Shown piece after piece: positions 52,429 through 64,000 of a stretch of 64,000 bases of DNA; within the stretch, counting starts at the first letter, position 1; each line of letters starts with the position of its first letter. The translations under genes and the position numbers were made by a program. Origin of the DNA: an uncultured delta proteobacterium (GTDB lineage Bacteria > Desulfobacterota > Binatia > Bin18). Under the pieces are notes generated by a model. It saw only the letters and a program-made list of their open reading frames with translations, ran no database searches and was not told the DNA's origin. The stretch is from NCBI GenBank assembly GCA_963733195.1, contig CAVTCR010000026.1, forward strand, positions 56,046 to 120,045, given 5' to 3'.

Positions 52429-53828
52429 GGCGATTATCTCGGCATCTGGGCTCAGTAAGCGGTATACGATCTATGATCAACCGCAAGATCGACTCAAACA
52501 CAGTCTCTTCGGTCGCTGGCGACAATATCATCGCGAGTTCTGGGCCCTTAAGGATATTTCATTCTCGATTCGCGCTGGAGAGGTGGTAGGGATTATTGGC
52601 CGCAACGGCTCAGGGAAGAGCACCTTGTTGCAGCTGATTGCTGGGACACTTGCGCCGACCGCAGGAGAACTTGTCGTCAATGGTCAGGTTGCAGCTCTCT
52701 TGGAATTAGGCAGTGGTTTCAATCCGGAGTTTTCTGGACGAGAGAATATCTTCATGAACGGTGCAATTCTAGGTTTGAGCCGGCGAGAGGTTGAGCGTTA
52801 TTTTCAAGAGATTGTCACGTTTGCTGATATCGGTGACTTTCTTGACCAGCCGGTGAAAACCTACTCTAGCGGGATGGCGGTGCGTTTAGCGTTTGCCGTG
52901 CAAGCGTTCGTTCCTAAAGATATTCTCATCGTTGACGAGGCGCTCGCGGTTGGCGACGAACTGTTTCAACGTAAATGTTTTGCCAGAATCGAAGAATTCA
53001 AAGGGCAAGGCGGAACGATTTTGTTCGTCTCACACGCCAGCGGCTCGGTCGTCCAACTATGTGACCGTGCCTTTCTCTTACATGCCGGAGAGTTGGTTTT
53101 GTCAGGGCCGAGCAAACATGTAGTGAACATGTATCATAAGTTTCTCTATGCACCACCCGAGCGTCAGTCCGCTTTATTGGCGGAGATACGACAAGGGCAC
53201 GAAGAACGGTCCGAAGAAGGGAAGTGAAGAGAAGATACGGCAGCAGCGAGATGTGATACCTGCTGTTGCTACTGCATCGCAACTCCAGAAACCTGAGCAG
53301 GGAGCAGTCTCCTTCCGGATGAAGGCATTCTATGATCCGGGATTACAATCGGTGAGCACTGTACACTATGAGTCACGGGGTGCACGGATTGGTGAGGCTG
53401 TGATTGTGACCCCAGAAGAAGAACGTGTTAATGTGCTCGTTGCGCGGGAGCACTATATCTGGCGTTATCACGTGCAGTTCGATCGTGACTGTTTCAATGT
53501 GCGCTGCGGCATGCTGATTAAGACGCTCAGTGGTATAGAGCTTGGGGGAGCGACGACTGCTCCGGTGTTCCGTGGCATTCCCCATGTTCCCGCAGGAACA
53601 ACACTCACAGTGGAATTTACCTTTACTGCAAGCCTCACAGCAGGCACGTATTTCCTCAACGCAGGTGTCTTGGGGATGGACGGTGGAGCAGAGGTGTATT
53701 TAGACCGCAAGGTCGAACTTGGAGTATGTAAAATTTTGCCAGATGAAACTGCTCTAACGACCGCGCTGGTGGATTTCCATATTGCGCCGCGTGTGCGTAT
53801 GCGCGACGCAGCCGCCTATTGCGATTAA
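52418..53828 (+). CDS. wzt: Polysaccharide ABC transporter ATPase with C-terminal Wzt_C domain (frameshift near 53200)
   Basis: GRNGSGKST, YSSGM and VDEALAVGD motifs; second fragment has the Wzt_C pattern (G..I.T..G...L.AG.YFLN). Confidence 0.9.
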
Positions 53829-53859
53829 GTAACGACGTGTGACGATAGGGACGAAGGAG

Positions 53860-56800
53860 ATGAATCAACTCAAACAGCAGGCCATTTGCGTGCTTGGTAT
53901 GCATCGCAGTGGGACCTCTGCTATTGCGCGCGCGTTAAATCTCTTGGGGGCGTATATCGGCCCGAGCGAGAAACTATTGCCACCGCAGGAGGACAATCCC
54001 GAAGGGTTTTGGGAGCACGAGACCATAGTCGATTTTCATCTGCGTATACTACGAACCTTGAACCGTTCGTGGTATAGCGTCACGCCGCTCCCGGACCGAT
54101 GGTGGCAACGTCCCGAGATTGAACCGTATCGACAGGAACTCGCAGATCTCATTCGCAGGGAATTTGGTGGACAACGGCTATGGATGTGGAAAGATCCACG
54201 GACAGCTCTCGTTCTTCCACTCTGGATTGAGGTCTTACAACAACTTGAGATCGAGCCGTACTATGTGATCTGCTTGCGCCACCCCCTCGACGTGGCGGCC
54301 TCATTGCACCGACGTGACGGCTTCTCCATCGAGAGATCGCTCGTGCTCTGGCAGTTCTACAACCTGTCCTCCTTTTATTGGACGAATGACACCCGCCGCT
54401 GGGTCATCAGCTATGACCGGCTCCTCGAAGATTGGGAACCCTGTTTGACGAACCTTATCAGTACCTTTGACCTCGATTGGCCATCGAGTGTGGCTGAGCA
54501 ACGTGTCGCACTGGGCCAATTCCTCCAACTGCAGCTTCGGCATAGTCAATCCGACCTAGCCGCGTTAGCTGCATCTGGGGATGCGGGAGAACTCGTTGCT
54601 CGTGCGTATCGTATCTTCCTGGAAGGGGAGCGCACCCCTGCGATTCTTCAGTCAGCGGACTTTATCCGGCAGATTGACCGCGAGTATCATGACTATTGTC
54701 GGTATCCTCGCGTGTTTGCCCACCTGGCTGATGTTGACGTGCAAGCCTATACCGAACGTCCAGCCATCGAAGTGTTCTGGCTTGTGAACGGAGAATTTTC
54801 CCAGAACGTTTCCTTCTCGACCGATGTCTTCGTTGACGGACAAGAGCATAGCTACGAGTGTCCACTCCCCTCCCTCAGTGGAAGAGTTCTTCGACTCGAT
54901 CCGGTGAATTTTCCTGCTGCTGTAGAAATCCGATCTATTGAGCTGAGTGTGCGCGAACCTTCCTTACCGGTGGGAACAATCATGTATTCATGGGGACCAG
55001 AAAATAATTTCCGCGACATTGTTGCTGGGCCAGATATCACGCTTCTGAGTGCTCATTCACAGGGACTCCTCTGTGTATTTTCGAGCAGCGACCCACAACT
55101 CCTCTTGTATAATGTCCCAGATATGAACCACCGAGAAGATCATGTTACTACGGTGCTGCGCGTGACTATGAGTGTCAAGAATGTGATTCCCCAACACCTG
55201 GCCGAGACGTTGGTCCACTGGCGCGACGAACAACAGCAAGCCGCGGCAGCAAACATGCAGACCGCATTGGAGGCAAAGGACGTTCATATTCATAACCTCG
55301 ACTGCGACGATTACCCATCTGCACGAGGCATTGGAGGCAAAGGACGTTCATATTCATAACCTCGACGCGACGATTACCCATCTGCACGAGGCATTGGAGG
55401 CAAAGGACGTTCATCAAAGGACGTTCACCATTACCCACCTGCAAACGATCAACATGCAACAGGAACAGACGGTACATCAGCTATCATGCCTAGCAGATCG
55501 AGCAGCCTACAGAGTCAGGAGAACCTGCCATCGGGCCTGCAGAGTCAGGAGTCACGGCTGCAGAGCCTCGACGCTTTGCTCCAAGACCGCACAGCGACGC
55601 TGACGGAAGCGCTGGCAACTGTGGCAGACCGAGAGGCTGCGCTGCAGCAGGCACAGGCACAGGTGCAAGAGTTAGAGCAGACGCTTGAACGGCGGATGAA
55701 ACCGTTCCGCTACCTGCGGCGGTTGCTCCGCTGGCCGCGTCTGCACCGAGTCCGTTTGCTACCAGATCACGACGCTCTCCGCGAAAGCGATGAAAGCCAG
55801 AGTGCAGGAGAGGATAGCTATTTCCTGCTGCAGAGTGAACATGGACAACTGCCGAGTGGATGGGTCATTCTTTCATATCAGACGCGAACCCTCCTACGGT
55901 GGCTCCATCCGACGTTATACATTGATCACGGGACCGGGTTTCTCGAATCGCAGCGACTGGAGTTGCGTCGACCTCTAAAGATCCACACAGCACCAACCAT
56001 ATCCCCTGTCCCGGAGTCTGCGGGGATAAGTGGCCACCGAGGAGAGGCGAGCGAAGAGCCACTCCTTGAGGTGCAATTTCTGATGTTCTTGACTGTTCCG
56101 GTGCGAGCGCTGCGGCTTAAGTTTGTTGCCTCGCCCACACAACTCGTGCTGAAGAATGTCACGCTCCGCGGGATCGGCATTCTTCAGGCTGCGACACTGC
56201 TGGGCTGGCGTCACCTGCGCCCTGCGTTGGTGAACCCTCGCTATGCGGTACCTATGATTCGCCAGGGTTGGGACATCCTAACGAACGAGGGACTCGGCAC
56301 GTTCCGACGTCGCTTTCTCTTGCAACAAGCGCGCCGGTCAAGTTATCACGACTGGGTCGTATTCTATGATACCCTCACAAACGAAGACCGCCGTGCCATC
56401 GGCAAACACCTCGAACGCCTGCCGCTCAAACCGTTGATAAGTGTCATCATGCCGACCTATAACACCCCTGAGTTGTGGTTACGCCGTACCATCGAGTCGG
56501 TACGCAAGCAATTGTACCCGCATTGGGAGCTCTGTATTGCGGATGATGCATCTACCACTCCGCATGTACGTCAGATCTTGCAGGAGTATCAGGCAAAGGA
56601 CACCCGCATTAAAGTGATGTATCGCGAACAGAATGGCCATGTTGCCGCTGCATCGAACAGCGCGATCACCCTGGCTACAGGCGAGTTTCTGGCACTCCTC
56701 GATCATGATGATGAACTGGCCGAGCACGCCTTATATGCGGTGGCGGTAGAGATAAACGCACACCCAGACGCGGCGATTATCTACACCGATGAAGACAAAA

Positions 56801-58056
56801 TTAGCGAACACGGAGAGCGGTACCAACCCTATTTCAAACCGGATTGGAATCCTGACCTCTTACTCACGCAAAACTTCGTTAGTCATTTGGGGGTGTACCG
56901 CGCCGATCTCGTCAGAGACGTTGGGAACTTTCGTGAAGGCTACGAAGGCAGCCAAGATTGGGATCTCCTCCTGCGGATTTCTGAGCGTATTCCTGCCTCG
57001 CGTATTCGACATATTCCCCAGGTGCTGTATCACTGGCGGGCGATCTCCGGCTCTACTGCGCTAGGAAGGGATCAGAAAACATACGCAACGGATGCGCAGC
57101 ACAAGCTGCTCACGTCTCATCTTGAACGGATCAACGTCGCTGCACAGGTCCTGCCAGGTCCTGGTGACTACTGGCGGGTGCGCTACACGCTCCCGCAACC
57201 ACCACCACTAGTGACGCTCATTGTGCCAACGCGCAACCGCTTCGATTTATTGCACCGCTGCGTAGAAAGCATTTTTGCCAAAACGACATACCCACGGTTT
57301 GAACTCATGATCGTCGATAACCAATCGGATGACCCACAGACGCTCGACTACCTCCGGCAACTGACACACGAGCGGGCAGCGCGCGTGTTGCAGTATGATG
57401 CGCCATTCAATTATTCAGCGATCAACAACTTAGCGGTTCAGCAAGCGCAGGGCGACGTCATCTGTTTGCTCAATAATGATATTGAGGTGATCACGCCAGA
57501 CTGGCTCGAAGAGATGGTGAGTCAAGCGCTGCGTCCAGAAGTCGGGGTAGTTGGTGCTATGTTGTATTATCCCAATGACACCATCCAACACGCTGGTGTT
57601 GTTGTCGGATTACTCGGAATTGCGGGACACGCGTATGCGGTACAACCACGCGGCCATGGTGGTCAGATGCTGAGAGCACAGCTGCAACAGAACCTGTCAG
57701 CCGTGACTGCTGCCTGTGCCGTGTTCCGGCGCTCGGTCTTCCTGGAGGTTGGTGGACTGGACGAACGGAACTTGTCAGTTGCTTTCAATGATGTGGATCT
57801 CTGCCTACGGCTGGTGGAGAAAGGCTATCGCAATGTGTGGACGCCATACGCTGAGCTGTATCATCATGAATCGGCTTCGCGCGGATTTGATGATAACTTC
57901 GAGAAGCAAGCGCGCTTTAAGCGAGAAATCGCCTACATGTCGAAACGGTGGAGGCATATCATCCGCAATGATCCGGCGCATAACCCCAACCTGACGCTTG
58001 AGCGTGGCGATGCGTCTCTTGCCTTTCCTCCTCGGAGTAGGAGGCCATGGTTGTAG
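53860..58056 (+). CDS. Probable single multidomain protein: sulfotransferase-like domain, beta-sandwich, coiled coil and two GT2 domains (compensating indels at 55303 and ~55480)
   Basis: LGMHRSGTS, NPEGFWE, KDPR and RHPLDVAASL motifs; GT2 SVIMPTYN..IADDAS..LDHDD and LLNND..SAVTAAC..NDVDLC; the 53839 and 55486 ORFs are in the same frame. Confidence 0.78.
55264..55443 (+). repeat. Coding tandem repeat, 63-bp unit (ALEAKDVHIHNLDATITHLHE), about 2.8 copies
   Basis: Units start at 55264 (extra T at 55303), 55328 and 55391 (scrambled). Confidence 0.92.
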
Positions 58057-60989
58057 AAGCACGTCCCGCCCGCTACTTCATTGCCAGCGGCTGTCCGATC
58101 GCGACAACGACTCGCTACCGTTGCCTTCATCTGCAGGAACAGTTGCAGTATCTCGGCTTCCACGCCACGGTGGTCGAGTGGTTTGACGAGACAAAAATCG
58201 CTCCTGAGGAGGCACTCACCTATGATGTCCTTATTCTGTACCGCTTGGGGATGTGTCCGCCACTGGCGCACCTCATTGACCGCGCTCATGCGTTGGGGAA
58301 ACGGGTGCTCTTCGATACGGATGATCTCGTCTTTGAGCCCGAGATGACCGAGTGGCACCGTGGGGTACAGCTTCTCTCTGCGAGTGATCAAGCCTTGTAT
58401 CTGGAGGGGGTCCGTCGCTATCTCGCCATGCTCGAAGCGTCTGATGCCGTGCTCACCGCAACCCCGTTGTTAGCTGAGCTTGCCCAGCGACGAGGAAAAG
58501 CTGCATTCGTCCACCGCAATGCCTTAGGTCAGGAAATGATGGCTCTCGGCGAGCATCTATATCACGAACGGGTACAGCGTACTCCGCAAGAACAGGTTGT
58601 GGTTGGTTACGGCAGTGGAACCCCGACGCACGATGTCGATTTTCAGGAAGCCGTCCCAGCCTTGGCCAACGTGTTAGCTCGCTTCCCCAACGTTGAGTTG
58701 TGGCTGGTTGGCCCTTTGGCCCTGCCGTCAGTGCTTGCGTCGTTCGGTGAGCGTGTCCGTCGCTTTCCGCTCACTGATTGGCGTGGGTGGTTTGCGTTGG
58801 CAAGTCAGATGGATATTGCGCTGGCGCCGCTTGAGCTGCACAACCCGTTCTGTCGCGCCAAGAGCGAGATCAAATTCGTCGAGTCTGGTGTACTAGGGGT
58901 GCCGATTGTTGCCTCTCGCATCGACGCATTTGTCGATGCGATCACTGAGGGAAAAGATGGACTGTTGGCGTCCAATGTGGCGGAGTGGCGTCAAGCGTTG
59001 GCACTCCTGATTCAGCAACCGGAACTGCGTCGCCAGATTGGTGAAGCTGCTCGTCGGACGGTACTTCAACGGTATAGCCTCACCGCCCGTGCGGTAGACC
59101 TGGCGGAGGTATTGCCCAAACTTGCAAAAACAATGAGTGATAGTGTCGAACGGGAGCGAAACCAACTACCGCTGTCCCCAATTCCTTTAGTAATAAACTG
59201 GCTCGTGCCTGAGCCGTTTCCCGGGGCCGGTGGGGATACGGGCATCTTTCGCACCATTCGTTACTTGGCGGAGTTTGGTCACGAGTGCCACGTCTACGTT
59301 GTCGCATTTAACCTAATGAACGATTACAGCACTGAGCAGGTCCGCGCCTATATGCAGACCCACTTCGGCACGACCAAAGCGCACTATTATCGTTGGGCCG
59401 GGCAGGTGCAGGATGCCGATTGTACCTTTGCGACCTTCTGGCGGACCGTGGAAGAACTGCCGTTCCTTGTGAACGGTGGTCGACAATATTATTTCGTGCA
59501 AGATTTTGAACCCTACTTTTATCCGGTTGGTACCTATTCGGTGTTAGCTGAAAATACCTATCGGGCTGGCCTGCACTGCATCACGCTGGGGCCGTGGCTA
59601 ACCAAACTGCTTCGGGAACAGTATCACGCGACCGCGGACTATTTTGATTTCGCCGTTGACACCGACATCTACTGGCCGCGATCAGTCCGGCGCGATCCAT
59701 GGCCGCGCGTGTGCTTTTATAGCCGTCCAAGTACACCGCGTCGAGCGTATGAACTCGGGCTCGAAGCACTGCAGTTGGTGAAGCAACAATTGCCAGAAGT
59801 CGAAATCGTCTTTTACGGAAGCAAAGAACTCATACCACCACCATCGTTCCCGGTGGTCAATCGTGGGCTGGTTTCCCAGTCTGAGCTAGCGGAGCTGTTT
59901 TCGAGTTGTGAGGTCGGCGTCGTGTTTTCACTGACGAATCCCTCGTTCGTGCCGCTCGAAATGATGGCCTGCCGTTGTGCGGTAATTGATGTTGCCAGTG
60001 AGCGCGTCGAGGGTGTCCTCAACCACGGACACAATGCCTGGCTGGTAGAGCCTACTGTCGCCGCAGTGGCCGAGGGCATTCTCAAACTCCTACAGGACCA
60101 ACCGCTGCGTGAACAGATCGTCGAAAACGCCTATCGCCACATCCAGAATTTGAGCTGGGAGAAATCCGCGCGCCAGGTCGAGGCTATCCTCCTGCGGGAT
60201 GCATTGTCTGCAGCTGACCATTCTCAGGACAAACACAATGACGCTGACAGGCGGTTTCTCCCAATGAGAAAGGATCGCCTCCTGTCGTCCATGCTGGGGC
60301 GATCCCCCAGACACCCCTCTCTTTCCCTCACCAAGTCTCCTCAAGCACTGGTTAAAGAAGCAAGTCGAACGACCAGGTTGTGTAGAGCGGTAAAAAAAAT
60401 CTTGGACGATGTGGGGCGTCTCGTCGGTCTCCATCTCTTGTGGCAGGTTTTTAAGAAACGAATCTTCTTTGCTTTGCCACTCTGGGTGTTAGGGCGGAAA
60501 CTGGTGAACCAAGTGGATCTTAAGGGCGGGTTGCAACAGAGCTTTGTTGCGGACGCTCCCTATCTGTGTCGCCTTGAATTCCTGCTTGCCAAGATTCCTC
60601 CGTCGGCATACTTGCAATTTACCTTGTCTGAAGAACATTCCCCTGGCAAGATTGTTGCCGACGGGCATCTCGATCCAAGGAAGGTTTCGCTGAATAAACC
60701 GGTAGTCGTAGAGTTTCCCGTCCAGGAAGGGTCATCCGGACGATCCTATATTTTTAGCCTCACACCAAAGGGAAGTGGAAAGTATTCTCTGTGGCGATAC
60801 TGGTGCAAACAAAACCGCGAAACTCAACTCCGTCGCGAACACCGGCGACTTCGCGGACAATTGGCGTGTGCGCTGTTTTACCAAGAAGAGGGGGCCGTCG
60901 TCCCTGGACGGCAGCCATTGCCCGAATGGGGTATGGTATTGCGTTACCTCCCGTATGTGCTGCGACAAGTGGTCACTCGTCGCAAATAA
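58047..60989 (+). CDS. Multidomain glycosyltransferase: GT4-like plus WsaF-like rhamnosyltransferase
   Basis: DTDDLVF and APL...F..AKSEIK; INWLVP...GG, YFVQDFEPYF, RPSTPRR and SFVPLEMMAC. Confidence 0.85.
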   Translation: MVVEARPARYFIASGCPIATTTRYRCLHLQEQLQYLGFHATVVEWFDETKIAPEEALTYDVLILYRLGMCPPLAHLIDRAHALGKRVLFDTDDLVFEPEMTEWHRGVQLLSASDQALYLEGVRRYLAMLEASDAVLTATPLLAELAQRRGKAAFVHRNALGQEMMALGEHLYHERVQRTPQEQVVVGYGSGTPTHDVDFQEAVPALANVLARFPNVELWLVGPLALPSVLASFGERVRRFPLTDWRGWFALASQMDIALAPLELHNPFCRAKSEIKFVESGVLGVPIVASRIDAFVDAITEGKDGLLASNVAEWRQALALLIQQPELRRQIGEAARRTVLQRYSLTARAVDLAEVLPKLAKTMSDSVERERNQLPLSPIPLVINWLVPEPFPGAGGDTGIFRTIRYLAEFGHECHVYVVAFNLMNDYSTEQVRAYMQTHFGTTKAHYYRWAGQVQDADCTFATFWRTVEELPFLVNGGRQYYFVQDFEPYFYPVGTYSVLAENTYRAGLHCITLGPWLTKLLREQYHATADYFDFAVDTDIYWPRSVRRDPWPRVCFYSRPSTPRRAYELGLEALQLVKQQLPEVEIVFYGSKELIPPPSFPVVNRGLVSQSELAELFSSCEVGVVFSLTNPSFVPLEMMACRCAVIDVASERVEGVLNHGHNAWLVEPTVAAVAEGILKLLQDQPLREQIVENAYRHIQNLSWEKSARQVEAILLRDALSAADHSQDKHNDADRRFLPMRKDRLLSSMLGRSPRHPSLSLTKSPQALVKEASRTTRLCRAVKKILDDVGRLVGLHLLWQVFKKRIFFALPLWVLGRKLVNQVDLKGGLQQSFVADAPYLCRLEFLLAKIPPSAYLQFTLSEEHSPGKIVADGHLDPRKVSLNKPVVVEFPVQEGSSGRSYIFSLTPKGSGKYSLWRYWCKQNRETQLRREHRRLRGQLACALFYQEEGAVVPGRQPLPEWGMVLRYLPYVLRQVVTRRK

Positions 60990-61014
60990 TCCTGCTTCGA
61001 ACCTTCGTGCCGCT

Positions 61015-62250
61015 TCACTGACGAATCCGACGAGAAATACATTGCTTGACCTTGTGGAAGAAGGATTTGGGTCCTTCGTTTACGAGGAGGGCCATTGCCG
61101 TCTGCCAGAGCGACCCTGTAGAAAGATGGACACTAGGAGTGAGGCGCTTTGTGGCAAGATGGGCATTCTCTCCCATTTCCTTATGGGGATCAAAACCGAT
61201 CGCGCCGAAGTACGGTTCTTCTAAGGGGAGAGCGTGAATGTGTGTCCGTTGCCAATCGCCGTCTTTCTTCGCAAATGGCTGGAGCGTCTCGAAGTATCGA
61301 CGAATTTCTTGATAGTGTGCTCGGCCATCATGTTTCGCCCACAGGAAAAGGTTGTCGGTCGTCGTGATTCTATTGGGTTCAGGAAACCGTTCGCGAAGAG
61401 TGGCGGTTGTTCGCCAAAGCCCGTGAATAGGCTCTGGAATTAACGTTGATGTCGATGTTTTTTGTTTGACCCCCGCAAAGTAGGTTCCTGCTGCAACTTG
61501 TAATGCCTCCTGCTCAGAAAAATAGATGTCGTACTGAATCAGATCTTCCGCGAGCACTTGCCGTAGCAACGAGGTCAAGCGTTTGCCGTGTGCATATTGA
61601 TCGGCATGGGAGACATTGAGGTAGGTTTGTATCAATGAGTTGAGAGCAAATGACGGCATCTGATACGTGGCCACGCCTTTCCGCAAGCAGGTGAAATCAG
61701 CAAAGACCTGTTCTAATCCTTGCAGGGTCGCATTAAAGTAATGATGTGGCACTCCGTGGTATGCATACACGAAGTTACAATCATGGAAACTATATCCGCC
61801 GTCTTTCAGGGTGTCGTAGATTGACCGTGCCGCAATGAAGGGATTGTGCAGATGTTCGAAGACCGCCAGGGAAAAAATGTAATCGACGCTCTCAGGCAAA
61901 AAGGGAAGATGATGGACGTCGCCAACCACATCGACATACGGAGTGAGCGTGACATCCATGCGGATAATGCAGGGATCATCAAGTGCCATGTTGCCTGCCC
62001 CTATTTCGATCACAATCTGATTGTCGAGAAGCGACTGCAGTATGACGCGATGGACCCATGGATCATACGACGTCCGTAGTTGCAGACCTGCTTGGTGCTG
62101 GTAGGTGGGAATACTCGCGTCAGGGAACATCACTGGGACTCCGTTGACAATAGGGAACGATTGCGCGCAACGACTGCATGTCAGCGCTGTCTCAGCTCGA
62201 ATAACCTTAACCTTACACGTTGGGCAGGCGAGGATATCGTACAGACTCAT
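61015..62250 (-). CDS. Trm112-like Zn-ribbon plus class I SAM methyltransferase
   Basis: LACPTCK...CSRC...FPIVNGVP; IEIGAG; DVHHLPF; VFEHL. Confidence 0.82.
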   Translation of the reverse strand: MSLYDILACPTCKVKVIRAETALTCSRCAQSFPIVNGVPVMFPDASIPTYQHQAGLQLRTSYDPWVHRVILQSLLDNQIVIEIGAGNMALDDPCIIRMDVTLTPYVDVVGDVHHLPFLPESVDYIFSLAVFEHLHNPFIAARSIYDTLKDGGYSFHDCNFVYAYHGVPHHYFNATLQGLEQVFADFTCLRKGVATYQMPSFALNSLIQTYLNVSHADQYAHGKRLTSLLRQVLAEDLIQYDIYFSEQEALQVAAGTYFAGVKQKTSTSTLIPEPIHGLWRTTATLRERFPEPNRITTTDNLFLWAKHDGRAHYQEIRRYFETLQPFAKKDGDWQRTHIHALPLEEPYFGAIGFDPHKEMGENAHLATKRLTPSVHLSTGSLWQTAMALLVNEGPKSFFHKVKQCISRRIRQ

Positions 62251-62396
62251 GATACTCCGTTCTCCTAACGGATCACCTCGCATTGGAGCAAGGGGGGACT
62301 GAGTGCCTGAAGACTCTTCTTATTATAGCGTCGATAACGTCCGATCGGTGCATCTTTGCTATTATCATTGCTACTCCACTGTAAAAACGGCTTGCA

Positions 62397-64000
62397 GTGT
62401 GTAATAGAGAGAGGCATCGTCGAGGGACGTATGGGGTTTGGGGGCGGCACGAGCAACAAGAAGTACCAAAGCAAGCAAGAGGACCTCTCGCTTCACCCCT
62501 TCATGCGTTTATCACTACGTGTGCAGCGATTGTTCTGACGCTGGGCCTGTTGATCATTAGAGGTGGGGGAGATTTTCCCTTCGCCTTCGTAGTGACGGTC
62601 CAATCCTCAACGACCGGTACTGCGCAGATCTTCTATGATCTCGGTGCTGGGTTGCGCGAGGAGGACTCTTCTCGGATGTCTATCGGCAAAATCGGTGAAC
62701 CGCTGACTCTGCGCTTTCCTCTGTCTGCGGGGGAGTATCATATGTTGCGGTTTGATCCGATCAACAAAGCCGGGACTGTGACACTATCGTCAGCGCATAT
62801 CGTTGATCGACACGGAACCGTCGTACTTCCGATTCTACCTCAGCAATTTCAGGCTAGCCAACAGATTCACTCGTTGACGGTTGTGGGAGATGGCGTGCAA
62901 GTGACGACTGTCGACGGAGCCTACGACCCGACGCTTACCCTTGGTCTGTCGTATCCACTGACGTTGCGTACGCCGCTGCCGTATCCGCTCAACAAGCCAT
63001 GGGGGATGTTTCTCTGGGTCTTCATACTTTGTAGTGGAGGACTTTGGCTAGCGGACTACCTGCTTGTTCGCTGGCACGATAGCGCTCTCAGGCTGTGTCA
63101 GCATGTCTCAAGCTGGGCTGGAGAACATCCCAAAACGGTGATTTTAGCAGCGGCGGTCTTGGCCACGATCGCAAGTTGTTATCCCGTGCTCTTGTACGGC
63201 AAAAGCTTTGTCTCCCGAACAACGGTACGCTGCTACTCTACGATCATTGGCCGACGGTACCTGGCTCGGTGGCGGCTACGACAGAAGACGCGAAAGGTTC
63301 TGATATTGCGGCTGTGCTGCTTGCTCATCTGCCGTACACTCGGGTTGAAAGCCAGGCTCTTTCCCGAGATTTTACGCTGCCGTTGTGGAATCGCTCCCCT
63401 GCCACAGGGCTACCGTTACTTGGTCAGGGCCAATCGATGTTCGGCGACCCTCTCCACGCATTGGTTCTGTTGATGGGAGGAGCGACGTGGGCATGGGATT
63501 TCAAGTATGTTGTGGCGAAGATCTGGTTTGCCCTCGGCATCGGAGTGATAGTATATGCCTCGACTCAGCATTTGCCCGCGAGCGTATTGCTGACTATGTC
63601 GTCGGTCTTCATTGGGTTCTTCTCTTACCGGTTTAATCACCCTGCCTTTTTTAGCTTTTGCTACGCACCGTGGATCATTTATTGTTGGCTGCGCATCACG
63701 TCCGCACCGACCCTGGCGAGCGGTCGATTGTGGATGTGCGGACTGCTGGCTGCCAGTTGGATGGAACTGACGAGTGGCACGGTCAAAGAAGCCTATATAT
63801 TACTTGTGAGTTTGCACGGTGGTGGGTTGCTACTTCTGGTGTTGTCACAGCAAGAGAGTGGAATGAAAAAGGGGAAATTGCTCCAGACCGGATGGATCGG
63901 CCTTCTCTTACTCGTGATCAGTAGTCCCTTATGGTGGACGTTCCTGGGGACGTTGCGGCAGTCCTACTCTCTCTATCTGGCCCCGCAAGTGTGGCAACAC
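62397..64000 (+). CDS. Large membrane protein, YfhO/GT-C-like (frameshifted, runs off the window)
   Basis: N-terminal beta-sandwich, then TM segments with YP....KSFVS, PLWNR...G.PLLGQGQS in shifted frames. Confidence 0.6.

Noticed and set aside
55264-55443. Direct repeats as a CRISPR array
   Set aside because: The units are contiguous 63-mers with no unique spacers, they are protein-coding, and no cas genes are present.
1-64000. tRNA, rRNA, riboswitch or prophage
   Set aside because: None was recognised by eye. Covariance-model searches were not run, so small RNAs in 10100-11750 cannot be excluded.

Overview
This is a bacterial genomic window of roughly 55% GC (estimated by eye). Gene style is compatible with a Binatia/'Deltaproteobacteria'-like lineage, which is inference only. 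No rRNA, tRNA or CRISPR was seen. The standout is a very divergent copper membrane monooxygenase (CuMMO, pMMO/AMO family) operon at ~11.75-15.8 kb, ordered D-C-A-x-B. It keeps the CuB, CuC and CuD ligands but has lost several normally conserved intramembrane residues. It has Ala at the subunit-C position associated with alkane-type enzymes. It is followed by a VOC protein, a membrane-anchored two-domain multicopper oxidase and a His/Met-rich cupredoxin. Upstream lie two Zn alcohol dehydrogenases, a Tat/GMC flavoprotein pair, a cytochrome c and gene remnants (P450, SnoaL-like). Next come a RAYT transposase with REP palindromes and a signalling module (two solute-binding proteins, His kinase, response regulator, adenylate cyclase). 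A housekeeping block follows (queG, erpA-like, gph, folP, nuoI, moeB/Z, tkt, trmB, coaBC, UDG, nfeD/SPFH, glpK). The window ends with an ABC-transporter-dependent surface glycan cluster (rmlA, rmlC, wzm, wzt, a probable sulfotransferase-coiled-coil-GT2-GT2 fusion, a WsaF-like GT, a methyltransferase and a YfhO-like protein). Many genes at 2-26.5 kb and 52-64 kb are split by single-base indels, which are most likely sequencing or assembly errors. All calls come from motif recognition by eye; no searches were run.
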